A stretch of DNA of 24,000 nucleotides from Nitrososphaeraceae archaeon (GTDB taxonomy: Archaea; Thermoproteota; Nitrososphaeria; Nitrososphaerales; Nitrososphaeraceae). The DNA lies in the NCBI GenBank assembly GCA_009377575.1, contig WHTU01000002.1, positions 110,937 through 134,936 of the forward strand, in the 5' to 3' direction. The notes under the pieces were generated by a model. That model made no database searches. It was given only the letters and a program-made list of their open reading frames with translations, and was not told where the DNA came from. The position numbers and the translations under genes are program-made. Shown here piece after piece: positions 7,615-14,941 of this stretch; positions within the stretch are counted from its first letter, which is position 1, and the number at the start of each line of letters is the position of its first letter.

Positions 7615-7950
7615 TGAATGAATAGTATCGCATGATTAATGTATATGTTGTGGATTGATAGTCATTATTTTATGTATGAACAGTTTGGCTTTTGAGAAAA
7701 ATTTCAAACGACCGTTCATGCCTCCTATCGTCGCAGCAAAATAACGCCTTCTTCAAGTCACACTTGAAAGGATGGGTCTAGACCAAATAGTTTGGGGTCT
7801 GTTCGTCGCGAGGTCATCATAGCTTGTGGCTCTGCCTGGAGCAGCGATTATTCACTTCATCCCCTGCAATTATTAGTATACTCCAGTTATAAATTTGTAA
7901 GAAAATAATTCAGCACTGAGTCAATGCAAAGTTGTTCAAAAAGGTCTTTA

Positions 7951-8865
7951 TTAACGGTAGGGGAGGTCGATTATCTTCAGATCGATTGCATCTTCTACAT
8001 TTTCATGAATGAGACGCGCTTCAGCAAGTAGCTGATTGCTACTCCGGTATCTCGTGCTAAAATGGGTTAATACAAGTTTCCTAACACCAGACTGCCTTGC
8101 AAGCGTAGCTGCCTCAGTTGCAGTAGCATGAAAGTTTTCGATCGCCTTATGCCGGAGCTCGTTACCATAAGTTGATTCAAAGACAAGCAGATCGCAATTC
8201 ATGAAAAACTTACAAAGCTTTTCAGTTGGCCTTGTATCCCCTGAAATTCCTATCTTCCTTCCAGGTCGCCTTGGACCTACCACGTCCATTGATTTTACTA
8301 TGTCTCCACTGATCACAATATCCTTCCCTGATTGAAGCTGTTTGTATAATTTCCCTTTGGGTATTCCTAATTGTACTGCTCTTTTGATATTGAAAATCCC
8401 AGGTCTCTCCAATTCCGTCAGACAGAATGAGTACGCAGTTACGTGATGGTCTGCTTCACAACAGGTCACTTCATAATCTTCCTCACGCACCAACAATCCC
8501 TCAGCCTCAATATTGTGAAGATTTACTTCAAAAGAAAGCCCAAAACCTATCAGTTTTGTACTAAACTTTATGAATTCCACAAGTCTTGGTTCTCCATAAA
8601 TATCAATAGGCAAGGTTCTGCCATTAAGAGATAGAGTTTGGAGTAACCCCAATATCCCAAGTGAGTGGTCAGCGTGCATGTGCGTGATAAAGACTTTCAT
8701 TTTGCTATTCATTCGGAGGCTCGATCTTACAAAGTTCCTTTGCATACCCTCCCCAGCATCGAAGAGAAGTATCTCATTTCCTCGAGCAATTGCGATAGAG
8801 GATAGTCCTCGTTCATCAGTGGGAGTAGCAGCCGACGTGCCCAAGAAAACGATTCTCAGATCCAT
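7951..8865 (-). CDS. rnz: Ribonuclease Z (tRNA 3' endonuclease, metallo-beta-lactamase fold)
   Basis: Begins MDLRIVFLGTSAATPT..RGLSSIAI. It has LLFDAGEGMQRN, the HxHxDH motif as ITHMHADHSLGILGLL, and a C-terminal LVLTHFSTRY. Confidence 0.9.
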   Translation of the reverse strand: MDLRIVFLGTSAATPTDERGLSSIAIARGNEILLFDAGEGMQRNFVRSSLRMNSKMKVFITHMHADHSLGILGLLQTLSLNGRTLPIDIYGEPRLVEFIKFSTKLIGFGLSFEVNLHNIEAEGLLVREEDYEVTCCEADHHVTAYSFCLTELERPGIFNIKRAVQLGIPKGKLYKQLQSGKDIVISGDIVKSMDVVGPRRPGRKIGISGDTRPTEKLCKFFMNCDLLVFESTYGNELRHKAIENFHATATEAATLARQSGVRKLVLTHFSTRYRSSNQLLAEARLIHENVEDAIDLKIIDLPYR

Positions 8866-8985
8866 AGGAAACTAGTGGGTTCCAGCCCAAGGTAAATCTA
8901 CCGAATAATAAGAGAATATTCCAAGCATTCAGTCCCTAACAAATGACGTTTTTCATAGAGTTTAGAGTTATATGATGCACTATCT

Positions 8986-9789
8986 TCAAAGGGCAAGAAA
9001 GATCTCCTTAACTGGTTCTCTAATACCTAATTCCCTAATTATCCCTTCAAATCTAGATTTGTTTGATGTGATTAGAATTTCTGTCCGACCTACCCCTTTC
9101 TTTTTAGCCATATGATTTGTAGATAGGTATCTCTTCACGTCGTGCGTGAGAAGTCTTACAGGGTCAATAAACCTGACCGTAGGCAATAAGGATGCAAGAT
9201 AATTTGAGACAAAGGGTAAGTGGGTGCTTGCCAAAACCATCACATCTATGTGTGATTCAAGATCTTCGCGATATTGTATTGCCTTAGAGATTGCATCAAA
9301 AGTCTTTCGTTCCTTAGTGATATACTCACCGGTCTCGACCAATCCTATAATTTCCGATGCATCAAATCTGGTTACGAGTATATTTTGGGGAACTTGAGAC
9401 TTTATCAAATCGCCTAATTCTTTGCTCTTGATCGTACTTGCGGTCGCCAAAATTCCGATATGCTTCTTCTTTGTCAGCTTACACGCGGTCTTGAGTGGTG
9501 GGATGATTCCCACAACACCCATCTTAGATGAGCGTTTGACTTCATCAAGAATCTGAACAGAAGGGGTAATTGAAGCAATAACTACCAGTTTTGGTCTGTA
9601 CCGTTCGAGATATCGCAGGATATCAAGGATTATTGTTAGAAGTTCCTGCTTTGTCTTGTTTCCATATGGAAAGTGTTGTTCATCTGCAAGATACAAGAGA
9701 TTCTCAGTAGGTAAGTCCTTGCGCAATTGTTTTATCACTGAAAGAGAACCTAGGCCAGAGTCAAATACGGCAATCGGGTTATCTAACAA
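8986..9789 (-). CDS. Glutamate racemase (MurI)/Asp-Glu racemase-fold protein lacking both catalytic cysteines
   Basis: It has VFDSGLGSL and FPYGNK, VIASITPS where MurI has ACNTAS, and LASTHLP where MurI has GCTHYP. The start is the TTG at 9787-9789, directly after an in-frame TAG. The first ATG is codon 90. Confidence 0.8.
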   Translation of the reverse strand: MLDNPIAVFDSGLGSLSVIKQLRKDLPTENLLYLADEQHFPYGNKTKQELLTIILDILRYLERYRPKLVVIASITPSVQILDEVKRSSKMGVVGIIPPLKTACKLTKKKHIGILATASTIKSKELGDLIKSQVPQNILVTRFDASEIIGLVETGEYITKERKTFDAISKAIQYREDLESHIDVMVLASTHLPFVSNYLASLLPTVRFIDPVRLLTHDVKRYLSTNHMAKKKGVGRTEILITSNKSRFEGIIRELGIREPVKEIFLAL

Positions 9790-10028
9790 CTACAAAAAAA
9801 CACCATCAAATATATGCAATCAGGTCACAATCTCTAATAAGATTCATTATTATATACTTATCAACAGGATTGAGAAACATACCGACCTGACAAAACAAGG
9901 TTCAGTCCGACACCACCACCTTCTGCCCATTGTTGAGAACAAAATAGAGCTGATGATTATTCTGAGAAATCTCGATCCTTCTTCACGGTTGGTAGCCTAG
10001 TCGACGACCTAGATAAATTAGGTTACTG

Positions 10029-12221
10029 CTATGACTTCCCAAGTATTGGTTCACTGGTGCCTCTCCTGGCTTCGACCCGATTATCGTCCAGGCTATGATC
10101 AATTGCTCTGGTCCGCCACACAAATTTGGAATTGAGCATTTTAGGGACTAGGCGTCTAAAGTCAACTCCTTCTCCAATATACCATTTAGGAAACCATTCG
10201 TAAAGATGTAACCTAATTGTTTGTATGTATACTATCAGTCCTTCAATCATCATTATGCCGATATTTCCACCGATGAGTACCGCATATCCTCCTGCTGTGC
10301 CTCCTAACGATTCGAAGGAATCGATAACCGTCACAAGGAGTGCGGCGTGAACTAGTAGCATTATTCCGAGTCTAGAGTAGCTTATTGTGTTTGAGAGCAT
10401 TTCGATAATTCTTACCATTATTGTTTCCACCACTATACCTACTAATCCGCCACCTTCGTCCTTCCCAAGCTTCTTGAGGTGCTTTTCTTCCTTCATGCCT
10501 CCAATAATCATGGTTATCACGGTGCCAATGATGACAAGAGGTGCTGCTTTTGCAACCAAATCTACGGTAACCCAGTCTCCGAAAACGACCGTCAACCAAG
10601 GAACTGGCTCATTGTGGGTGACTCCTGTGATACCAAACATGCCGATGATATCGTATCCAGACCCTATGGCAGCCAGAATAAGGCTTACCACCGCAAAGTA
10701 TTGTACTATGGTTGGGATATCATGGTAAAGGACCATCATCTTATCATGTTTTTTGATATCTGCCCAGAGTCTTAAGAAGAAGGCCAGCAAGATATGCACT
10801 ACTCCTATGGCAATTGATATCTCCAAAATCTTTACTACCTCATCAAAGGTTAGCTCTGATACACTTAACATTCCCACAAATCCTAATTGTTCAATAATAG
10901 GTGCCAGAATGGGCAGCTCGATAGCGTGAAAACCAAATATCTCTCCCGTTCCCAGCCCGCCAATAGCTGCCGCTAAACCACTAGCTGCTATCAGAGTTCC
11001 CCATGTGGTTAGAGATCCGTTTCCGCGGAATTTGAAAAGCATGCCAAGACCAAAAAGCAATATGCCGTGCCCTAGATCTGCAAACATCAATCCATAAAAT
11101 ATAGGCCATACAAAGGCAATAATGGGCGTAGGATCTCTTTCGTCATAGTTGGGTAATCCCTGTGTCTCAGTAATGATTTCAAAGGTACGAATATACTTCT
11201 TATTTCTTAGGAGCGTAGGAAGTTTCTCAATGTGATCTTCTGCATGACTTTCATGGGGAGTCGAGTGTTGAGGATCATCCATCACAGAGACGTAATCGCC
11301 TGTCAAACTCTTGAATTTATTTTCCATCTGCTCAGGAATAAAACCCTGAATCATGGCGAAATTCTTGGTTCCTCCCGGTTTCCTAGTTGCTTCTAAAACA
11401 TCTTTTGCCACCTGAGAAGCTTCGTGTAATGATAGTAGTTTAGTAGTAAGCGATGATTTCAATTTCTCAACCTTCTTACCTAACTCTGTACTTCGCTTCT
11501 CTAGTTCCTTTATTTTGGCTTTAGACTCAGCATATGCCAAATGAGGATTCTGAGGCATGTTAGAAGGTACTTGTAAAGGATGTACTCCAAAGCTTCTTAG
11601 AACCTTGATTATTCTATCCGCATCGTTGTCAGCTGAACCTAAAATGATCAACGCGGATTTATGTTCATTTAACTTGACAATCTGTATCGGCAGATCTCCG
11701 AGGCTTTTCTTGATCTCTTCTTGGTCATTATTCTCAATTATGAAGGTTGCAGCATAGAATATTTTCAATTTAGAGAAAATTCTAAGATCTAGATTCAATT
11801 CGGCTGCCATTTCCAAGGTCAAAGCTATCGTGCGGTATTCTTCCAATTGTTTTGAAACCTGACTCTGCTCCAAAAGGATTTTTTTAGGCTCATTCAAGAG
11901 GGCCGCGCTTCTTCCCTCCAAGTCAACTATGAAACCTTGAATATCTTCAATCTCATAGGATGTTTGCGCCTTTGGAGCACCCTTAAACATGGTATCCATA
12001 ACGCCCGTTTCGAGAGGAACTCCCAAGGCCTTGACTACGTCATCAATTTCTTGGAAAAGCCTCTGAGCCTTCAATAGTAGGTCGTCATAATAGGGATTAA
12101 CATATTCAGATGCATGTTGTAGCGGATGAAACCATTCAAGTTGAGCAAGTCTACTTACAACCTGCTGCGTTTCAGCCCTCGGCAAGAGGAGTGTTGTTTT
12201 CAGTAGTTTAGCGGTTCCCAT
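10029..12221 (-). CDS. atpI: A-type ATPase subunit I (a subunit, membrane stator), 730 aa
   Basis: It has a large soluble coiled-coil N-terminal half followed by multiple TM helices, and carries RLHLYEWF near the C-terminus (I take the Arg to be the conserved a-subunit arginine; not aligned). It is the last gene of the ATPase cluster. Confidence 0.9.
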   Translation of the reverse strand: MGTAKLLKTTLLLPRAETQQVVSRLAQLEWFHPLQHASEYVNPYYDDLLLKAQRLFQEIDDVVKALGVPLETGVMDTMFKGAPKAQTSYEIEDIQGFIVDLEGRSAALLNEPKKILLEQSQVSKQLEEYRTIALTLEMAAELNLDLRIFSKLKIFYAATFIIENNDQEEIKKSLGDLPIQIVKLNEHKSALIILGSADNDADRIIKVLRSFGVHPLQVPSNMPQNPHLAYAESKAKIKELEKRSTELGKKVEKLKSSLTTKLLSLHEASQVAKDVLEATRKPGGTKNFAMIQGFIPEQMENKFKSLTGDYVSVMDDPQHSTPHESHAEDHIEKLPTLLRNKKYIRTFEIITETQGLPNYDERDPTPIIAFVWPIFYGLMFADLGHGILLFGLGMLFKFRGNGSLTTWGTLIAASGLAAAIGGLGTGEIFGFHAIELPILAPIIEQLGFVGMLSVSELTFDEVVKILEISIAIGVVHILLAFFLRLWADIKKHDKMMVLYHDIPTIVQYFAVVSLILAAIGSGYDIIGMFGITGVTHNEPVPWLTVVFGDWVTVDLVAKAAPLVIIGTVITMIIGGMKEEKHLKKLGKDEGGGLVGIVVETIMVRIIEMLSNTISYSRLGIMLLVHAALLVTVIDSFESLGGTAGGYAVLIGGNIGIMMIEGLIVYIQTIRLHLYEWFPKWYIGEGVDFRRLVPKMLNSKFVWRTRAIDHSLDDNRVEARRGTSEPILGKS

Positions 12222-12286
12222 TTAGTCCCAGTCCATCCGTTATCCTCTCAGTTTGAGGTGTCTCATTAGGAATCTCCTGAATTAGG

Positions 12287-12625
12287 TCACGCTTGACCGA
12301 GTATGATGAACATCATGACGATACCATAAATTGCGATTGATTCCACCATGCCTACAATGATGAAAACCCTTGATTGCATTTTTGGATTATCGCTAATTGC
12401 TGCTAGGCCGGCAGCCCCTACGTAACCAAGTCCAATGCCCGCGCCAAGAGCGGCCAAACCGAACGCCATTCCTGCACCGATCAATTTGAATGAGCTTGAA
12501 TCGCCCGCAGATGCCTCTTCCTGAGCAAATGCAGTAGACCCAGTGGAACTTACAGTTATGAAAGTTATTGTGGTCAAAGCCACAATAACCGGGATAAAAA
12601 TATGTCCTCCCTTTCCTTTCTTCAT
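12287..12625 (-). CDS. atpK: A-type ATPase proteolipid subunit K (c subunit) with an N-terminal hydrophobic extension
   Basis: It forms a Gly/Ala-rich helical hairpin (GAGMAFGLAALGAGIGLGYVGAAGLAAISDNP...FIIVGMVESIAIYGIVMMFII) with the conserved carboxylate Glu in helix 2. TTAAATA (12648-12654) lies 22 nt upstream of the ATG. Confidence 0.9.
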   Translation of the reverse strand: MKKGKGGHIFIPVIVALTTITFITVSSTGSTAFAQEEASAGDSSSFKLIGAGMAFGLAALGAGIGLGYVGAAGLAAISDNPKMQSRVFIIVGMVESIAIYGIVMMFIILGQA

Positions 12626-12648
12626 AGGGCTTCGAGATCGAACGCCCT
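12626..12648 (-). repeat. Imperfect inverted repeat AGGGC-TTCGA-GA-TCGAA-C-GCCCT between the atpK TATA-like box and the start codon
   Basis: Read directly from the sequence. Arms of 5+5 bp with one bulged C fill the whole interval between the TATA-like box and the ATG. Confidence 0.6.
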
Positions 12649-12654
12649 ATTTAA
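12648..12654 (-). promoter_or_regulatory. Internal TATA-box-like element in front of atpK (TTAAATA)
   Basis: It lies 22 nt upstream of the atpK ATG, in a 112 nt non-coding spacer within the ATPase cluster. Confidence 0.4.
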
Positions 12655-12737
12655 TGATATCTCGGCAAACGGACAATCCCATATATCAAAAAGAATTACA
12701 AAGTATTGTTACTAAGCAAGAAATCAGGATAAGTGAA

Positions 12738-12869
12738 CTAGATCTTGGAAAGTGCTTTGCGTTTACATTCGCCAAGCATCTCTTTCGTTTGCTGTACCAT
12801 GGTTTCATATTCTTTCTTGAGGACATCTTTAGATTCTTCATAAAAGCTTGTTATGATACTCTCACTCAT
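12738..12869 (-). CDS. Candidate small ATPase-associated ORF (43 aa), not in the ORF track
   Basis: I translated it by hand as MSESIITSFYEESKDVLKKEYETMVQQTKEMLGECKRKALSKI. It is bounded by an in-frame TGA two codons upstream of the ATG and ends in TAG. It is charged and helical in composition. It occupies the slot between atpD and atpK where the Sulfolobus atp operon has a small subunit gene. There is no well-spaced Shine-Dalgarno sequence (GAGGT abuts the ATG). Confidence 0.35.
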   Translation of the reverse strand: MSESIITSFYEESKDVLKKEYETMVQQTKEMLGECKRKALSKI

Positions 12870-12903
12870 ACCTCAGTCAGTTCCCAGAATAATTCCGACG
12901 GTA

Positions 12904-13542
12904 TTAAAGCTTTTTCCTCTCCATGACTGCCTTAACCTTTTTGAGTCTTACGAATTCTTCTCTTTCCCGTTCCTCGAGAGTAGCCCGAATAAAATATATC
13001 GCATTCTCATACTGTGGGATGATGACATACTCCAACGCGTTAATCAACTTCTGAGTTCTCTCGAGTTCCTTTGCCAAACTAAATATTGCATTCTCGTATT
13101 CGGCTGCCTTGCAAATTTGTGGGAGTATATTCTTGATTAATTTCGCGCCCTTATCTACCGAAGCGTTGGTTTCCACGAAACCGTATGATAATTCTTGTCC
13201 CCCCTGTTTGCTGCTAACGTGGAGAGTTGGGATCCTTACATCCACAACTCTACGTACGTTTACATCCACCTCCATGATACTTGGAGTAGAATCAGATATC
13301 GACTCTAGTGTTGTTGTTCCAAGCGACATGTATGAATCATAGACGGCAGAATAGATCTCTGCTAATGGTGACCAGATATCACCTCTAGCCTTATTAGCCT
13401 CCTCGATCATTTCGTCTATCTTCTTCAAGAGAACCTCCCGTTTATCATCTAGGATCTTGTGAACCATCTTTCCTACCTGCATCGAACGACGGATCTTGAT
13501 TAGTTCGATCTTTGTAGCTGTAACTCTTCCCCCAAACGACAT
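12904..13542 (-). CDS. atpD: A-type ATPase subunit D (central stalk)
   Basis: 212 aa. The N-terminus ATKIELIKIRRSMQVGKMVHKILDDKREVLLKKI matches the V/A-ATPase D family pattern. It follows atpB with a 10 nt gap. Confidence 0.9.
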   Translation of the reverse strand: MSFGGRVTATKIELIKIRRSMQVGKMVHKILDDKREVLLKKIDEMIEEANKARGDIWSPLAEIYSAVYDSYMSLGTTTLESISDSTPSIMEVDVNVRRVVDVRIPTLHVSSKQGGQELSYGFVETNASVDKGAKLIKNILPQICKAAEYENAIFSLAKELERTQKLINALEYVIIPQYENAIYFIRATLEEREREEFVRLKKVKAVMERKKL

Positions 13543-13552
13543 GACTAGAAGA

Positions 13553-14941
13553 TCATTTCGTCTCCTTGTAGTATTGTCTTACATGTTTTTCTTTTATCTT
13601 CGTTAGCTCTCCCTCAGGTAGAGTCGAGAGTACATCCCAAGTTCTTGAAAGTGTCTCTTCTAATCCTCTGTTCTCATCCTTTCCTTGCTTCAGAAAATGG
13701 CTTTCGAACATATCGCCTGCATCCAAATACTTGAGGTCGACTCCAGTCAGTCCTGACCTTCCTACGATTTCAGCAAGAGCTCTGACTTCCTGTGCTCGAG
13801 AGTAAGCATCGTAAAGCTGATTACCTACTTCCATGTGATCCGATCTCGTTTTGCCCTCCCCAACACCATCTTTCATGAGTCTCGAAAGAGACATGAGGAC
13901 GTTCACAGGAGGATAAACCCCCTTTCGGAAAAGATCTCTTCCTAAAACTATTTGACCCTCAGTAATGTACCCCGTGAGGTCAGGAATAGGATGAGTTATA
14001 TCGTCAGCAGGCATAGATAGGATAGGCACCTGAGTTACACTCCCATTTTTGCCTCTAATACGTCCAGCACGCTCATAGTTGTTTGCCAGATCAGTATACA
14101 AATAACCTGGATAGCCTTTCCTGCCAGGGACTTCCTCTCTTGCTGCGCTAATCTCACGCAATGCCTCAGCGTAATTGGTCATATCTGTCAATATCGCTAG
14201 TACATGCATCCCCAGATCGAAGGCCAAGTATTCGGCTACGGTCAGTGCTACTCTAGGAGTTATAATTCGCTCGATAGCAGGATCATCTGCTAGGTTAAGA
14301 AATAATACGCTTCGTCTCAGGGCGCCTGACTCTTCAAGGCTTCTTTTAAAATATTGAGCCTCAGAATATTGAACTCCTATGGCTGCGAAGACTACTGCAA
14401 AATCTTCTTTTGTTCCTACAACCGTTGCCTGCCTGGCTATTTGGGCTGCTAGTACGTTATGGGGCATTCCGGAACCAGAAAATATTGGAAGTTTCTGTCC
14501 ACGGACGAGCGTGAGCATACCGTCAATCACAGAGACCCCCGTTTGTATGAATGAAGTAGGATATTCTCTTCGCTCAGGGTTCATTGGTTCTCCGTTTACA
14601 TCTAGAAATTTCTCCGCAATAGGATCGGGGAGACCATCGTTTGGTCTGCCAAGTCCATCAAATACTCTTCCAAGTAGTTCAGGAGATACTGGCATAGCCA
14701 TAGTTTTACCCAAGAATTTAGCTTTCGTTCCACTGATCGCCAGCCCCGTAGTACCTTCGAATACCTGTACTACCGCCTTACCATGGCCGACTTCTAATAC
14801 TCTTCCGAGTCTTCTGTCTGAATCTGAAGTCTCAATTTCAACAAGCTCGTCGAAAGAGGCTTTTGTGATGCCATCAATGATCATAAGCGGACCTTTAATT
14901 TCGGCTACTTTAGTATATTCAATGGCAGCTGATTCAGACAA
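13553..14941 (-). CDS. atpB: A-type ATPase subunit B
   Basis: 462 aa. The motifs [30 protein letters not shown] and [23 protein letters not shown] are typical of the non-catalytic B subunit. It has a TTG start with GAGGTGA (14948-14954) 6 nt upstream and overlaps the atpA stop by 8 nt. Confidence 0.95.
   Translation of the reverse strand: MSESAAIEYTKVAEIKGPLMIIDGITKASFDELVEIETSDSDRRLGRVLEVGHGKAVVQVFEGTTGLAISGTKAKFLGKTMAMPVSPELLGRVFDGLGRPNDGLPDPIAEKFLDVNGEPMNPERREYPTSFIQTGVSVIDGMLTLVRGQKLPIFSGSGMPHNVLAAQIARQATVVGTKEDFAVVFAAIGVQYSEAQYFKRSLEESGALRRSVLFLNLADDPAIERIITPRVALTVAEYLAFDLGMHVLAILTDMTNYAEALREISAAREEVPGRKGYPGYLYTDLANNYERAGRIRGKNGSVTQVPILSMPADDITHPIPDLTGYITEGQIVLGRDLFRKGVYPPVNVLMSLSRLMKDGVGEGKTRSDHMEVGNQLYDAYSRAQEVRALAEIVGRSGLTGVDLKYLDAGDMFESHFLKQGKDENRGLEETLSRTWDVLSTLPEGELTKIKEKHVRQYYKETK

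Noticed and set aside
7615-7950. A possible tRNA (perhaps intron-containing) in the large gap next to RNase Z
   Set aside because: I found no T-arm (GTTCRAATC-like) motif and no D-arm or acceptor pairing on either strand. TTCAAGT at 7752 is half of a simple hairpin, not a T-loop.
9949-9966. GCTGATGA-TTATT-CTGA, which resembles C and D boxes of a C/D-box sRNA
   Set aside because: The boxes are only 5 nt apart, with no guide regions and no second box pair or terminal stem nearby. It is most likely a chance match in the atpI terminator region.
9656-10000. A 114 aa plus-strand ORF running from inside the MurI-like gene through the 239 bp gap
   Set aside because: It is partly antisense to a conserved gene. 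The remainder is AT-rich intergenic sequence that happens to lack stops.
9994-10013. The CCTAG...GTCGAC...CCTAG repeat or palindrome just downstream of atpI as a structured terminator
   Set aside because: It is only a 5 nt direct repeat flanking a 6 bp palindrome. No stable stem forms and no adjacent strong oligo-T run follows.
12287-12400. A Na+-binding signature in the c subunit (E-S-x-x-x-Y in helix 2)
   Set aside because: The helix-1 Gln needed for Na+ coordination aligns to Leu in my hand alignment. The motif is therefore incomplete, and H+ coupling is the default assumption.
12543-13140. Plus-strand ORFs of 127 aa and 95 aa spanning the atpK-atpD region
   Set aside because: They lie antisense to atpK, the 43 aa ORF and atpD. 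They cross the internal promoter region and have no recognisable motifs.
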